Assembly: GCA_002310155.1 (NCBI GenBank) | Contig: DBYF01000115.1 | Location: forward strand, 11,734-45,781 | DNA: 34,048 nucleotides | Direction: 5' to 3' | Origin: Mageeibacillus sp. UBA1193 | GTDB taxonomy: Bacteria; Bacillota; Clostridia; Saccharofermentanales; Saccharofermentanaceae | Part shown: one piece after another, positions 1-8,036 of the stretch | How the letters are laid out: each line of letters opens with the position of its first letter | Position numbering within the stretch: the first letter of the stretch is position 1 | Notes under the pieces: model-generated | Seen by the model: only the letters and a program-made list of their open reading frames with translations | Databases searched by the model: none | Told to the model about the DNA's origin: nothing | Translations under genes and position numbers: made by a program

Positions 1-354
1 ATGGCTAAGGATCCGATCGTATTTGCTTGTGCTAACCCTGTACCGGAGATCCTGCCGGATGAGGCTAAGAAGGCTGGCGTTGCTGTTATGGCTACAGGCC
101 GTTCTGACTTCCCGAACCAGGTTAACAACGTACTCGCTTTCCCGGGTATCTTCCGTGGTGCTCTTGATGTTCGTGCTTCTGACATCAACGATGAGATGAA
201 GATCGCTGCTGCAAACGCTATCGCAGGTGTTGTTTCCGATGAGGAACTCAATCCTGAGTACATTCTGCCGGATGCTTTCGATCCACGCGTTGGTAAGGCT
301 GTTGCTGCTGCTGTTGCTGAGGCTGCAAGAAAGAGCGGCGTAGCACGCATCTGA
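1..354 (+). CDS. NAD(P)-dependent malic enzyme, C-terminal part (5' end lies outside the window)
   Basis: The ORF is open from base 1. The motifs [10 protein letters not shown] and [15 protein letters not shown] are typical of the malic enzyme NAD-binding domain. Stop codon at 352-354. Confidence 0.85.
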   Translation: MAKDPIVFACANPVPEILPDEAKKAGVAVMATGRSDFPNQVNNVLAFPGIFRGALDVRASDINDEMKIAAANAIAGVVSDEELNPEYILPDAFDPRVGKAVAAAVAEAARKSGVARI

Positions 355-372
355 ATTTACTAATAACTTTAT

Positions 373-407
373 GGGGATGGGTTGCCTGTTTACAGGTGAC
401 CCATCTC
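373..407 (+). terminator. Putative intrinsic terminator after the malic enzyme gene
   Basis: Nested hairpin: GATGGGT (376-382) pairs with ACCCATC (399-405), with an inner stem CCTGT/ACAGG. The tail that follows (tcttcgtattt) is only moderately T-rich. Confidence 0.45.
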
Positions 408-453
408 TTCGTATTTAGACGAGCGGTATATATTCCTTAAAGTATCTGTTTAC

Positions 454-481
454 TTACATTTGCCGTTTGTTGTGGTAGAAT
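454..481 (+). promoter_or_regulatory. Putative sigma-A promoter for the Lrp-aminotransferase-prfB genes
   Basis: TTACAT (454-459), 16-nt spacer, then TGgTAGAAT with the -10 hexamer TAGAAT at 476-481 and an extended TG. Confidence 0.35.
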
Positions 482-514
482 AGCAGAAGTGATTTTCACT
501 TGGAGGTAATAACA

Positions 515-1003
515 ATGCTTAATCGAATTGAATTATTGCAGTTAATTGAACATAATGCCCGTATCTCGGTAAGTGAACTTGCCGTTATGTTGGGTTGTTC
601 AGAGGCCGAAGTTACTTCTGAGCTGGAAGCCTGTAAAAAAGAGAATGTCATTCTCGGATACAATACCATGATCAACTGGGAAAAGACGGAAAGAGAGCCT
701 GTTACGGCTTTGATCGAAGTCCGTATCACACCTCAGAGAAATCAGGGCTTCGATAAGATCGCCAATCAGCTCTACCGCTATCCGCAGGTTTCTTCCTGCT
801 ACCTTATGTCCGGTGGATTTGACCTGATGCTTATCATCGAGGACTCCACCATGCGTGAAGTTGCCGGCTTTATCTCTGATAAGGTTGCTCCGCTTGACGG
901 TGTCCTTTCGACATCCACACATTTTATTCTTAAGAAATATAAGAGCAACGGTACGCTCTTTACACAGAAGCCTGCCGATGACCGTGAAGCCATCGTGTTA
1001 TAA
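515..1003 (+). CDS. Lrp/AsnC family transcriptional regulator
   Basis: N-terminal winged HTH (LNRIELLQLIEHNARISVSELAVMLGCSE) followed by an AsnC-type ligand-binding fold. ATG 515 lies 8 nt after GGAGG (502-506), so the track's TTG at 500 is not used. Confidence 0.85.
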   Translation: MLNRIELLQLIEHNARISVSELAVMLGCSEAEVTSELEACKKENVILGYNTMINWEKTEREPVTALIEVRITPQRNQGFDKIANQLYRYPQVSSCYLMSGGFDLMLIIEDSTMREVAGFISDKVAPLDGVLSTSTHFILKKYKSNGTLFTQKPADDREAIVL

Positions 1004-1040
1004 CGACAAGAAGCATCCGGTCAAGGGGGAAGAAAAGTAA

Positions 1041-2237
1041 ATGGAAATCGATTATCAGAGTAAAGTTTCAAAAGTGGTCAACGGCATCGCTCCTTCGGCG
1101 ATCCGGCGTTTCTTTGATCTGGCGAATGAGATGAAGGGAGAAGTTATTTCTCTTTCCATCGGTGAGCCGGACTTTGTCACTCCTTGGAGCATTCGTGAAG
1201 CAGGTATTTTCTCACTTGAGGATGGCTGCACGCACTATTCACCAAATCAGGGATATATTGAAGTCCGAAAAGCGATCTCCGAATATCTGGAAAGACGCTT
1301 TTCGCTCAAGTATGATCCGAAAACACAGCTTCTTGTCACAGTTGGCGGCAGTGAGGCTCTCGATCTGATCGCTCGTGCACTTATAGATCCGGGTGATGAG
1401 GTCATTATCTTGGAACCCTGCTTTGTTGCTTATAAAGCAACGGTTACGCTGGCTCATGGCGTTCCGGTCATTATCGAGACAAAAGAAGAAGATAACTATA
1501 AACTGACACCGGAAGCTCTTGAAGCGGCGATCACGGATAAGACAAAGTACATCATACTCGGTTATCCGGGAAATCCGACCGGCGCGACGATGTCCTACGA
1601 GGATCTTTCCAAGATCAAGGACGTTCTTGTCCGTCATCCGGATGTATTTGTCGTATCTGATGAACTGTATGCCGAGCTCAGCTACACAGGTAAGAACCCT
1701 GCTTCGATCGCAAACTTCCCGGAGCTTTATGACAGAACGATCGTCGTAAACGGTTTTTCCAAGTCATTTGCGATGACCGGATGGCGTATCGGCTACATGG
1801 CCGGACCGGCTCCGCTTGTTGCCGCGATGAATAAGGTTCATCAATATTGCATCATGAGCTCTCCGACAACTGCGCAGTACGCAGTCATTGAGGCCTGCCG
1901 AAATGGTGATAAAGAAGTCGAAGAGATGAGAAGTGAGTATAACCGCAGAAGAAGAGTCATCATCAACGGACTAAAAGAAGCCGGACTTACTTGCTTTGAA
2001 CCGACCGGAGCTTTCTATGCATTCCCGAGTATCGAAGGACTGGGACTTACTTCGGAACAGTTCTGCGAGCGTTTCCTTATGGAAAAGAAGGTAGCGATCG
2101 TTCCCGGAAATGCTTTCGGCAAGTGTGGTGAAGGTCACGTAAGAATCAGTTATGCGGCTTCTCTGGAGAATATCCAGGAAGCGATGAGAAGATTGAAAGA
2201 ATTTGTTACCGAGTTAAAGAATGGGAGTAAAGAGTAA
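1041..2237 (+). CDS. Class I/II pyridoxal-phosphate-dependent aminotransferase (aspartate/aromatic type)
   Basis: 398 aa. PLP-lysine motif NGFSKSFAMTGWRIGY, plus GEPDF and a conserved C-terminal HVRISYA. SD AAGGGGGA upstream. Confidence 0.9.
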   Translation: MEIDYQSKVSKVVNGIAPSAIRRFFDLANEMKGEVISLSIGEPDFVTPWSIREAGIFSLEDGCTHYSPNQGYIEVRKAISEYLERRFSLKYDPKTQLLVTVGGSEALDLIARALIDPGDEVIILEPCFVAYKATVTLAHGVPVIIETKEEDNYKLTPEALEAAITDKTKYIILGYPGNPTGATMSYEDLSKIKDVLVRHPDVFVVSDELYAELSYTGKNPASIANFPELYDRTIVVNGFSKSFAMTGWRIGYMAGPAPLVAAMNKVHQYCIMSSPTTAQYAVIEACRNGDKEVEEMRSEYNRRRRVIINGLKEAGLTCFEPTGAFYAFPSIEGLGLTSEQFCERFLMEKKVAIVPGNAFGKCGEGHVRISYAASLENIQEAMRRLKEFVTELKNGSKE

Positions 2238-3346
2238 TGCTTGAATTCGACAATTTGCGTCTGGAACTGGAAGGCTATGAGGAGAAGATCGATCTTCTTC
2301 GTGATGCTCTGCACATCAAGCAGGTAAGCGATCAGGTATCTGAACTTGAGGCCAGATCTCAGGAACCGGATTACTGGAATGATGTTGAGCGTGCACAGAA
2401 AGAACAGACAAAGATGAAGAGACTTCAGAAGCGAATCAAGTCTTTCGAGGATCTTGCTGCTTCCCGTGAAGATCTTCTTGTCCTCTGTGAATTAGGAAAT
2501 GAAGCAGAAGATACAGATGTTCTTGAAGAAGCAACCGAAGGTGTTAAGAAATTCACATCTACGTATGAGAAGATGCGCCTTGAGACTCTGCTTACCGGTG
2601 AATATGATAAGAACAATGCTATCCTGACACTTCATGCCGGTGCCGGCGGAACAGAAGCACAGGACTGGGTAAGCATGCTTTACCGTATGTACACTCACTG
2701 GGCTCTGGATCACGAGTTCGAGATCAAAGAACTGGAGTATCTGGATGGTGATGAAGCCGGTATCAAGAGTGTATCCATGATGATCTCGGGTGAAAACGCA
2801 TATGGTTTCTTAAGATCTGAGATCGGCGTACATCGTCTTGTTCGAATCTCGCCATTTGATTCCTCTGCGAGAAGACATACATCATTTGCTTCCTGCGAAG
2901 TTATGCCGGAACTTGATGATTCTATTGATATTAAGATCGATATGGCTGATGTCCGTGTAGATACCTACCGTGCTACCGGTAAAGGTGGTCAGCACGTTAA
3001 CCGTACCGACTCTGCCGTTCGTCTTACACATATTCCTACAGGATGTGTAGTTGCCTGCCAGGCTGAGCGTTCTCAGCTTCAGAATAAAGAAACGGCTATG
3101 AGCATGCTCAAAGCGAAACTCTATGCTCTCGCGATGGCAGCACATATGGAAAAGATCGAAGATCTCAAGGGTGTTCAGATGGATATTGCCTGGGGAAGTC
3201 AGATCCGTTCTTATGTTTTCTGCCCATACACTCTTGTAAAAGACCATCGTACCGGTTACGAGGAAGTAAACGTGGATGCTGTTATGAACGGTAATCTTGA
3301 TGGCTTCATCAACGCGTTCCTTTCCGGAATGACGATCGAGAAGTAA
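2237..3346 (+). CDS. prfB: Peptide chain release factor 2
   Basis: 369 aa. SPF stop-codon recognition motif (RISPFDS) and GGQ motif (GKGGQHVN). A single uninterrupted frame. The start ATG overlaps the upstream TAA (TAATG). Confidence 0.95.
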   Translation: MLEFDNLRLELEGYEEKIDLLRDALHIKQVSDQVSELEARSQEPDYWNDVERAQKEQTKMKRLQKRIKSFEDLAASREDLLVLCELGNEAEDTDVLEEATEGVKKFTSTYEKMRLETLLTGEYDKNNAILTLHAGAGGTEAQDWVSMLYRMYTHWALDHEFEIKELEYLDGDEAGIKSVSMMISGENAYGFLRSEIGVHRLVRISPFDSSARRHTSFASCEVMPELDDSIDIKIDMADVRVDTYRATGKGGQHVNRTDSAVRLTHIPTGCVVACQAERSQLQNKETAMSMLKAKLYALAMAAHMEKIEDLKGVQMDIAWGSQIRSYVFCPYTLVKDHRTGYEEVNVDAVMNGNLDGFINAFLSGMTIEK

Positions 3347-3376
3347 AACTGTTTCTTAGAGTTAATATGTATAAAG

Positions 3377-3408
3377 AAGAGGCTGTCTCAGATCTGAGAC
3401 AGCCTCTT
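3377..3408. terminator. Bidirectional intrinsic terminator between convergent prfB and the 914-aa gene
   Basis: Perfect 32-nt palindrome AAGAGGCTGTCTCAGATCTGAGACAGCCTCTT, with an A-rich flank on the left and a T-rich flank on the right. Confidence 0.8.
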
Positions 3409-3440
3409 TCGTTTGTTCTGATTTCATCTTCAGATTCAGA

Positions 3441-6185
3441 TCACTTATTGTACTTGATGTATACACCCGTGATCGTGAATGTAGAGATGTGGGATTCGCC
3501 TTCGCCAACAATAGAGGCAACGATCGTACCCTTTCTATCGACTGCTTCATTGCTGTTCGGATACAGGTAGAAAGTATTTTTGCTGCCTTCCTTCGGGACA
3601 ACAGTGAAGTTAGTGCAGGTGACGTTAGTGATCGTCACGGAAGTGTTGAACTTGATCGTAATCGATTCAATAGAAGCATTCAGTGTAGAGGTTTTAGAAC
3701 CGCTGTTGGAAAGCTTGAGGTCAAACGAGCAGTTGTTACCGGAAACCTTTGCGTTTGTGATCTTGTAAGAGAAGCTTGTTACCGGATAATCTGACGGAGC
3801 AACAGTTGTTTCCGAAGGTTCCTTGGTTGTTGTAGTGGTAGCTTCGGTCGTTGTAGCTTCAGTGGTTGTGGTAGTAGGTGCTTCTGTTGTAGTAGTTGTC
3901 GGTTCCTCGGTCGTTGTGGTCGTCGGTTCCTCTGTTGTAGTTGTTGTCGGTTCTTCAGTAGTCGTAGTTGTCGGCTCTTCTGTTGTGGTTGTCGTAGGTT
4001 CTTCCGTTGTAGTAGAAGAATCCTCAGAAGATACGTCGATTACTTTTGTTCCCTTAGTATTCTCCGTTTCCTGCTCGGATATTGTTGTTGCGGGCTTCTT
4101 ATCGTCATCGTGTGAGAACAGGGATTTTCCGAGGTCGAAATGGAACCAGCAGAAAACCAGACCACCGAGGCAGATAAGACCGAGACAGATCAGGATCAGC
4201 GGTTTAGCGATACTGCGCTTGCGTTCAGTAGAGTGATCCTGCTGTTCGACCGGAGTGATCGAGCCTCTCTGAGAAGCAGCAGTAGTATATGTATGACGCT
4301 GTGTTGCCGCGACCTGCGCGCTTGTGCTCATTTTCTGAACGGCACCTGGACGGGACATTGCGGCGCCAGGACGCTGTGTGTTTGCAGGTTTTGTCTGGGC
4401 ATCCTGTCTATCTGCAGCAGTTTCATTATCCTCGGATTTGCTGTTAAGGGAAGACCCCGGACGCAGATTAGAGGATTCACCGGTAGGCTTGATAGTAACT
4501 TCAGTTGCGCTTGCAGCTGCTGCAGCTGCGGCTGCTTCCTTATCTCTCTTTTTCTGTTCGATACGCTCGTTAGCCGCCTTGTGGAACGTGCTCTCGTCTT
4601 CGTCGCCGAAAAGGAGGTGGTTCTGAGTTACTTTTCCAGAGTCTTCTTCAGGAGTCTTCTTGGCCGGTCTTCTCGGCTGGTTATACACTCTGTCCATAGG
4701 AAGAAGATTCGTAGATGCGATAGAAACGTTCGGATGTACCTGCGGTGCAGAGTAACTCGGTGTTTCTTCAACTGTCTGTTCGCTCTCACGATAGATTGCT
4801 TCATAACCTTCGGTACTATCTTCAAAGGAAGGTTCTTCAATGGGTGCCGTATCGTATAGAGAAGAGGTGTCGACATTCGCTTCCCCGGATTGTTCGGAAT
4901 CAGATTCGGCAGCTTCCTCGACAGTCTCTGATGCAACAGGTGTAGTTTCGCTATCTGCGGCAGCAGACTCAACTGATTCGGTTTTCTCCTCTGCTTCATT
5001 GGAGACTGTTTCTGTGATCTGCTCAGCCTCGGAAACGTTCTCAGTAACAGTTGTATCTGCAGGTGTCTCAGCTGTTTCAGATTCTTCTTCAGCCATGGAT
5101 GCAACATTGATCAGGGGAGAAGACTCATTCGCAAGTATATCCTTTTCCGTGTCTGTGGAAGGAGCTTCTTCCTTGGCGAATGCCGGAATTTCATCAATAA
5201 GGGAGTTAGCTGCAAGAACTGCTGAAGGTGCAAAAGCACTAATGTCAGCAGTATTATCTTCGTCAACAGATGCCGGTTCGGAAGGAGCTTCTTCTGAAAC
5301 AGTTTCACTTTCTGCAGGCTCAGAAGTAGCTGCTTCCTGGGTAGTTTCAGGTATCTCCTCGGATACCGGTTCGGAATCGATAGAAGGTTCGGAAACGGAC
5401 TCGGTAGCTGTTTCAACCGGTTCTTCAGGTTTATCTGTTTCAATCTCAGCGGGCTGCTCCGGCTGTGCTTCTACGACCGGTGCCTGGGCAACAACCGGTT
5501 CCGGTGCTGTTTCCTGCTGAGGTTCAGCAGCGGGAGCAGTGTCTGCTGCCGGTTCCGGCTTTGGTTCTTCAACCGGTTCGGAGGCCGGACGGAATGCTGC
5601 AAATGGCTGGAAAGGAGAGAATGATTCACTGCCCAGACTTGCATTGATCTCTTCTTCAAGAGAATTATCTACTTCGTATTTCGGAATATTACTCAGATAG
5701 TCTTCCTTGGCGTACATTGTCTCCATAATGGAAGAGCGGGGAGACGGAGTCGTATTCTCTGAAAGACCCTGGTTTCCGGAAGAGTACGGATCATCTTCCG
5801 GGAATGCATCGAAGTACTCTGCTTCCTGGGAAAGAGGATCAAAAATCTGCTCATCCGAAAGCGTCGGATCTTCTAATGGTTCAGTATCTTCAACTGGTGA
5901 AGTAAATGCGTTGTTCTGTTCACGAAGTGCTTCTGACACATCGGATACAGGATCATTGGCTTTAAAAGAAAGGAAAAGAGGACGCTTTACCTGATCGTCA
6001 GAACCGTCATCTTCATCCGGATCTGTCATATTCGAATAAAGACGTTCCTGCGGTGCAGGATTCTCCCCGTTGTTGCGATAAAATGTTCCGAAAACGGACG
6101 GTTCCTGCGAGTCGTCAAATTCCTCCTGAGGTGCATGGATCAGACGTTCTTTCTCATTACCGTCATTCTCTCGATTACGAAGCAT
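3441..6185 (-). CDS. Large acidic, low-complexity single-pass membrane protein with a Thr-rich linker and a C-terminal beta-rich domain (function unknown)
   Basis: 914 aa, with GGAGG 7 nt upstream of the ATG. About 690 aa of E/D/P/S/T-rich sequence precede one hydrophobic helix (PLILICLGLICLGGLVFCWFHF), which follows KRSIAK. Then come (TTTTTEEP)n repeats and a roughly 130-aa N/S/T/V-rich terminal domain. Confidence 0.8.
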   Translation of the reverse strand: MLRNRENDGNEKERLIHAPQEEFDDSQEPSVFGTFYRNNGENPAPQERLYSNMTDPDEDDGSDDQVKRPLFLSFKANDPVSDVSEALREQNNAFTSPVEDTEPLEDPTLSDEQIFDPLSQEAEYFDAFPEDDPYSSGNQGLSENTTPSPRSSIMETMYAKEDYLSNIPKYEVDNSLEEEINASLGSESFSPFQPFAAFRPASEPVEEPKPEPAADTAPAAEPQQETAPEPVVAQAPVVEAQPEQPAEIETDKPEEPVETATESVSEPSIDSEPVSEEIPETTQEAATSEPAESETVSEEAPSEPASVDEDNTADISAFAPSAVLAANSLIDEIPAFAKEEAPSTDTEKDILANESSPLINVASMAEEESETAETPADTTVTENVSEAEQITETVSNEAEEKTESVESAAADSETTPVASETVEEAAESDSEQSGEANVDTSSLYDTAPIEEPSFEDSTEGYEAIYRESEQTVEETPSYSAPQVHPNVSIASTNLLPMDRVYNQPRRPAKKTPEEDSGKVTQNHLLFGDEDESTFHKAANERIEQKKRDKEAAAAAAAASATEVTIKPTGESSNLRPGSSLNSKSEDNETAADRQDAQTKPANTQRPGAAMSRPGAVQKMSTSAQVAATQRHTYTTAASQRGSITPVEQQDHSTERKRSIAKPLILICLGLICLGGLVFCWFHFDLGKSLFSHDDDKKPATTISEQETENTKGTKVIDVSSEDSSTTTEEPTTTTTEEPTTTTTEEPTTTTTEEPTTTTTEEPTTTTTEAPTTTTTEATTTEATTTTTKEPSETTVAPSDYPVTSFSYKITNAKVSGNNCSFDLKLSNSGSKTSTLNASIESITIKFNTSVTITNVTCTNFTVVPKEGSKNTFYLYPNSNEAVDRKGTIVASIVGEGESHISTFTITGVYIKYNK
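3877..4020 (-). repeat. In-frame tandem 24-nt repeat (6 units) encoding TTTTTE(E/A)P
   Basis: Units start at 3877, 3901, 3925, 3949, 3973 and 3997. The four central units encode an identical peptide and differ only at third codon positions. Confidence 0.9.
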
Positions 6186-6252
6186 TGGCTATTCCTCCGA
6201 AATAGTATTCGAGTATAACTCTTTTATATCTTATTTCAAATACATCAAATCC

Positions 6253-6300
6253 GCAAGAAAAAACAACAAAAGCAGATGGTTTTTTCTTGCTCTTTTTCGT
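6253..6300 (+). other. Terminator-like A/U-rich hairpin plus T-run in the divergent intergenic region
   Basis: GCAAGAAAAAAC (6253-6264) pairs perfectly with GTTTTTTCTTGC (6279-6290) around a 14-nt loop, followed by TCTTTTTCGT. Confidence 0.4.
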
Positions 6301-6390
6301 CAAATCGTCTACGGTTCGCTGATTATGTCGAATGCATTCAAAGTCTAAGGATTTATACTGATGCAAACAATATTTCAAGGGTGACGGAAC

Positions 6391-7011
6391 ATGGATAGAA
6401 GAAGAGCGCTTATATCTGGATTTCTGGTGCTTCTGGGCATCGCGGCATGTGCCTGGACGACGCTTCAGCCTGAGCATAAATCTGTTGTTGTGGAAACGGC
6501 CGTGACCACTTCCGAGCGTGAATCTGTCATTGAAGAAAAGGAACCGGAGACAGCCACATATCCTGTGTATATTTGTGGGGCGGTAATGATGCCCGGCATA
6601 TACGATCTTCATGGACCGGTCTATCTTTATCAGCTGATCGAACTTGCAGGTGGCTTATCCGAAAACGCGGATGAGATACATATCGATCGAGTCTATCTGA
6701 TCGAGCATGCACAGAGTATATACATACCTTCATTATCAGATATAGATAGTGAACCTACTGTGCATGAATTCTACACTCCGACTTCAGCCACAGAAGACTC
6801 GTCCGGTAAAAAGGGTGATAAAGTTGATATAAACTCTGCAAGTGCTGATGAACTGGCTTCACTTCCGGGCATAGGGAAGAAAACAGCACAGAAGATCGTT
6901 GAGTATCGTGAATTGAACGGAAGATTTGAATCTATAGAAGATATCATGAAAGTATCAGGTATCGGGGAGAGTAAGTTTGCCACGATAAAAGACTGTATAT
7001 TTACAGGCTAA
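6391..7011 (+). CDS. comEA: ComEA family DNA-binding protein (competence-type helix-hairpin-helix)
   Basis: 206 aa. N-terminal signal/TM segment, an SLBB-like segment (YICGAVMMPGIYDL...LIELAGG), and a C-terminal tandem HhH (INSASADELASLPGIGKKTAQKIVEYRELNGRFESIEDIMKVSGIGESKF). Confidence 0.85.
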   Translation: MDRRRALISGFLVLLGIAACAWTTLQPEHKSVVVETAVTTSERESVIEEKEPETATYPVYICGAVMMPGIYDLHGPVYLYQLIELAGGLSENADEIHIDRVYLIEHAQSIYIPSLSDIDSEPTVHEFYTPTSATEDSSGKKGDKVDINSASADELASLPGIGKKTAQKIVEYRELNGRFESIEDIMKVSGIGESKFATIKDCIFTG

Positions 7012-7020
7012 AAAAAGGGT

Positions 7021-7049
7021 TTGACAAATAGGTATATCAATGTTACCCT
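7021..7049 (+). promoter_or_regulatory. Putative promoter of the tRNA pair
   Basis: TTGACA (7021-7026), 17-nt spacer, TACCCT (7044-7049) preceded by TGt as an extended -10. Lies 24 nt upstream of tRNA-Leu. Confidence 0.4.
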
Positions 7050-7072
7050 TTATAGGCACTAAGGAGTGACTT

Positions 7073-7159
7073 GCTCGTGTGGCGGAATAGGCAGACGCAA
7101 CGGACTTAAAATCCGTCGGGGTAAAACCCGTACCGGTTCAAGTCCGGTCACGAGCACCA
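7073..7159 (+). tRNA. tRNA-Leu (anticodon UAA), type II with long variable arm, CCA encoded
   Basis: Cloverleaf drawn by hand: acceptor GCTCGTG/CACGAGC, anticodon stem ACGGA/TCCGT with loop CTTAAAA, variable arm CGGGGTAAAACCCGTA, T arm ACCGG-TTCAAGT-CCGGT. Confidence 0.9.
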
Positions 7160-7179
7160 AGTTTCTTAGACATATACAT

Positions 7180-7256
7180 CGCGGAGTGGAGCAGTTGGTA
7201 GCTTGTCGGGCTCATAACCCGAAGGTCGCGAGGTTCGAGTCCCGCCTCCGCAACCA
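7180..7256 (+). tRNA. Initiator-type tRNA-Met (anticodon CAU), CCA encoded, non-canonical T stem
   Basis: C1xA72 mismatch (CGCGGAG/CTCCGCA) and three G-C pairs closing the anticodon stem (TCGGG-CTCATAA-CCCGA). The T arm GCGAGG-TTCGAGT-CCCGC requires a bulged A. Confidence 0.8.
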
Positions 7257-7260
7257 CATG

Positions 7261-7295
7261 AAGGAGTTGTACATTTTGACAACTCCTTTTATTTT
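7261..7295 (+). terminator. Intrinsic terminator after the tRNA pair
   Basis: AAGGAGTTGT (7261-7270) pairs perfectly with ACAACTCCTT (7279-7288) around an 8-nt loop, followed by TTATTTT. Confidence 0.8.
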
Positions 7296-7321
7296 GCATT
7301 TATAGGACTTTGCGATATAAT
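7294..7321 (+). promoter_or_regulatory. Putative sigma-A promoter of the sensor/MFS/sigma-like cluster
   Basis: TTGCAT (7294-7299), 16-nt spacer, consensus TATAAT (7316-7321), about 30 nt upstream of ATG 7353. Confidence 0.5.
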
Positions 7322-7352
7322 TAATATGTATTTTTATGCGCGAGGTGACAGG

Positions 7353-8036
7353 ATGCCTGTTTCAGATAATAATTCATCTGCTTCAACTGCAGCGGGAAAA
7401 GTCGCGAAAATCGTCTTTCTTTCCCTTTTTGCTTTGGTACTTGTTGTAGTCTCGGTGTCTTTCGCAGTCCACCATATGCGTATCGGTTTTGAAAAAGAAT
7501 ATCAGAAGACGTTGATCCAGCGTATTCAGACAGATGCTGGCAATGCTGCTCTGGCTGTATCAGGAGACGAGATCAAGAATGATTCGTCGAAAGCAGCGCA
7601 GAAGTATAGTTCCGTACTTCCGTTCATGATGATGGATGTTAATGAAGATGACTATACGACACAGGTCTTCGGACTTTATGAATACTCTAACGGATCTTTA
7701 GCAATGCTTACCGGAAACGATTCCGATCTGCTGATCGCTAATACGATCCCGGTATCCGAGTGGCTGACTTCTGAAGGAACACCATACGAGAAGAAAGACG
7801 CGAATGTTTACCATTACCTTGTTCCTATTAAGGATCACGAAGGTAAAGTATCAGCTCTTCTTGAACTTTCCGCACAATACAGACCGATGGATCAGATGGG
7901 AAATCAGTTTGAATCGAAGATCCTTAAGACTGTAATTGTGGCTGTAATCGTAGCACTTGCAGGTTTCTCTCTGCAGTTTATCGTTCCGCCGATACTCCGT
8001 CTTGTATCGAATAAGAATACGGAGGCGACATTATGA
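7353..8036 (+). CDS. Membrane protein with TM - extracytoplasmic sensor-like (Cache/PDC-like) domain - TM and no output domain
   Basis: ATG 7353 lies 5 nt after GAGGTG. Hydrophobic helices at IVFLSLFALVLVVVSVSFAV and ILKTVIVAVIVALAGFSLQFIV flank about 160 aa that end in YHYLVPIKDHEGKVSALLELSAQ. The stop overlaps the next start (ATGA). Confidence 0.7.
   Translation: MPVSDNNSSASTAAGKVAKIVFLSLFALVLVVVSVSFAVHHMRIGFEKEYQKTLIQRIQTDAGNAALAVSGDEIKNDSSKAAQKYSSVLPFMMMDVNEDDYTTQVFGLYEYSNGSLAMLTGNDSDLLIANTIPVSEWLTSEGTPYEKKDANVYHYLVPIKDHEGKVSALLELSAQYRPMDQMGNQFESKILKTVIVAVIVALAGFSLQFIVPPILRLVSNKNTEATL

Noticed and set aside
2237-2330. Programmed +1 frameshift site in prfB
   Set aside because: I looked for CTT TGA C or any in-frame TGA near codon 26 and found none. 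The whole RF2 is in one frame.
3877-4020. Possible CRISPR array or non-coding VNTR
   Set aside because: The 24-nt units are contiguous with no spacers, lie in frame inside a long ORF, and differ only at synonymous positions. This is a coding repeat.
3823-5520. Plus-strand ORFs 3823-4236, 4140-4859 and 4840-5520 (poly-Val/Ser-rich translations)
   Set aside because: They are mirror images of the low-complexity minus-strand gene, since the reverse complement of Thr/Glu/Pro codons gives Val/Ser/Gly. They have no SD, and the minus-strand ORF is far longer and has an SD, a TM and a terminator.
6175-6612. 145-aa minus-strand ORF spanning the divergent intergenic region and the comEA 5' end
   Set aside because: It overlaps the comEA start and the SD of the 914-aa gene, has no SD or motifs, and has a basic, low-complexity translation.
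7066-7305. 79-aa ORF on the plus strand
   Set aside because: It spans exactly the two tRNA genes and the terminator, so it is an artefact of ORF calling over structured RNA genes.
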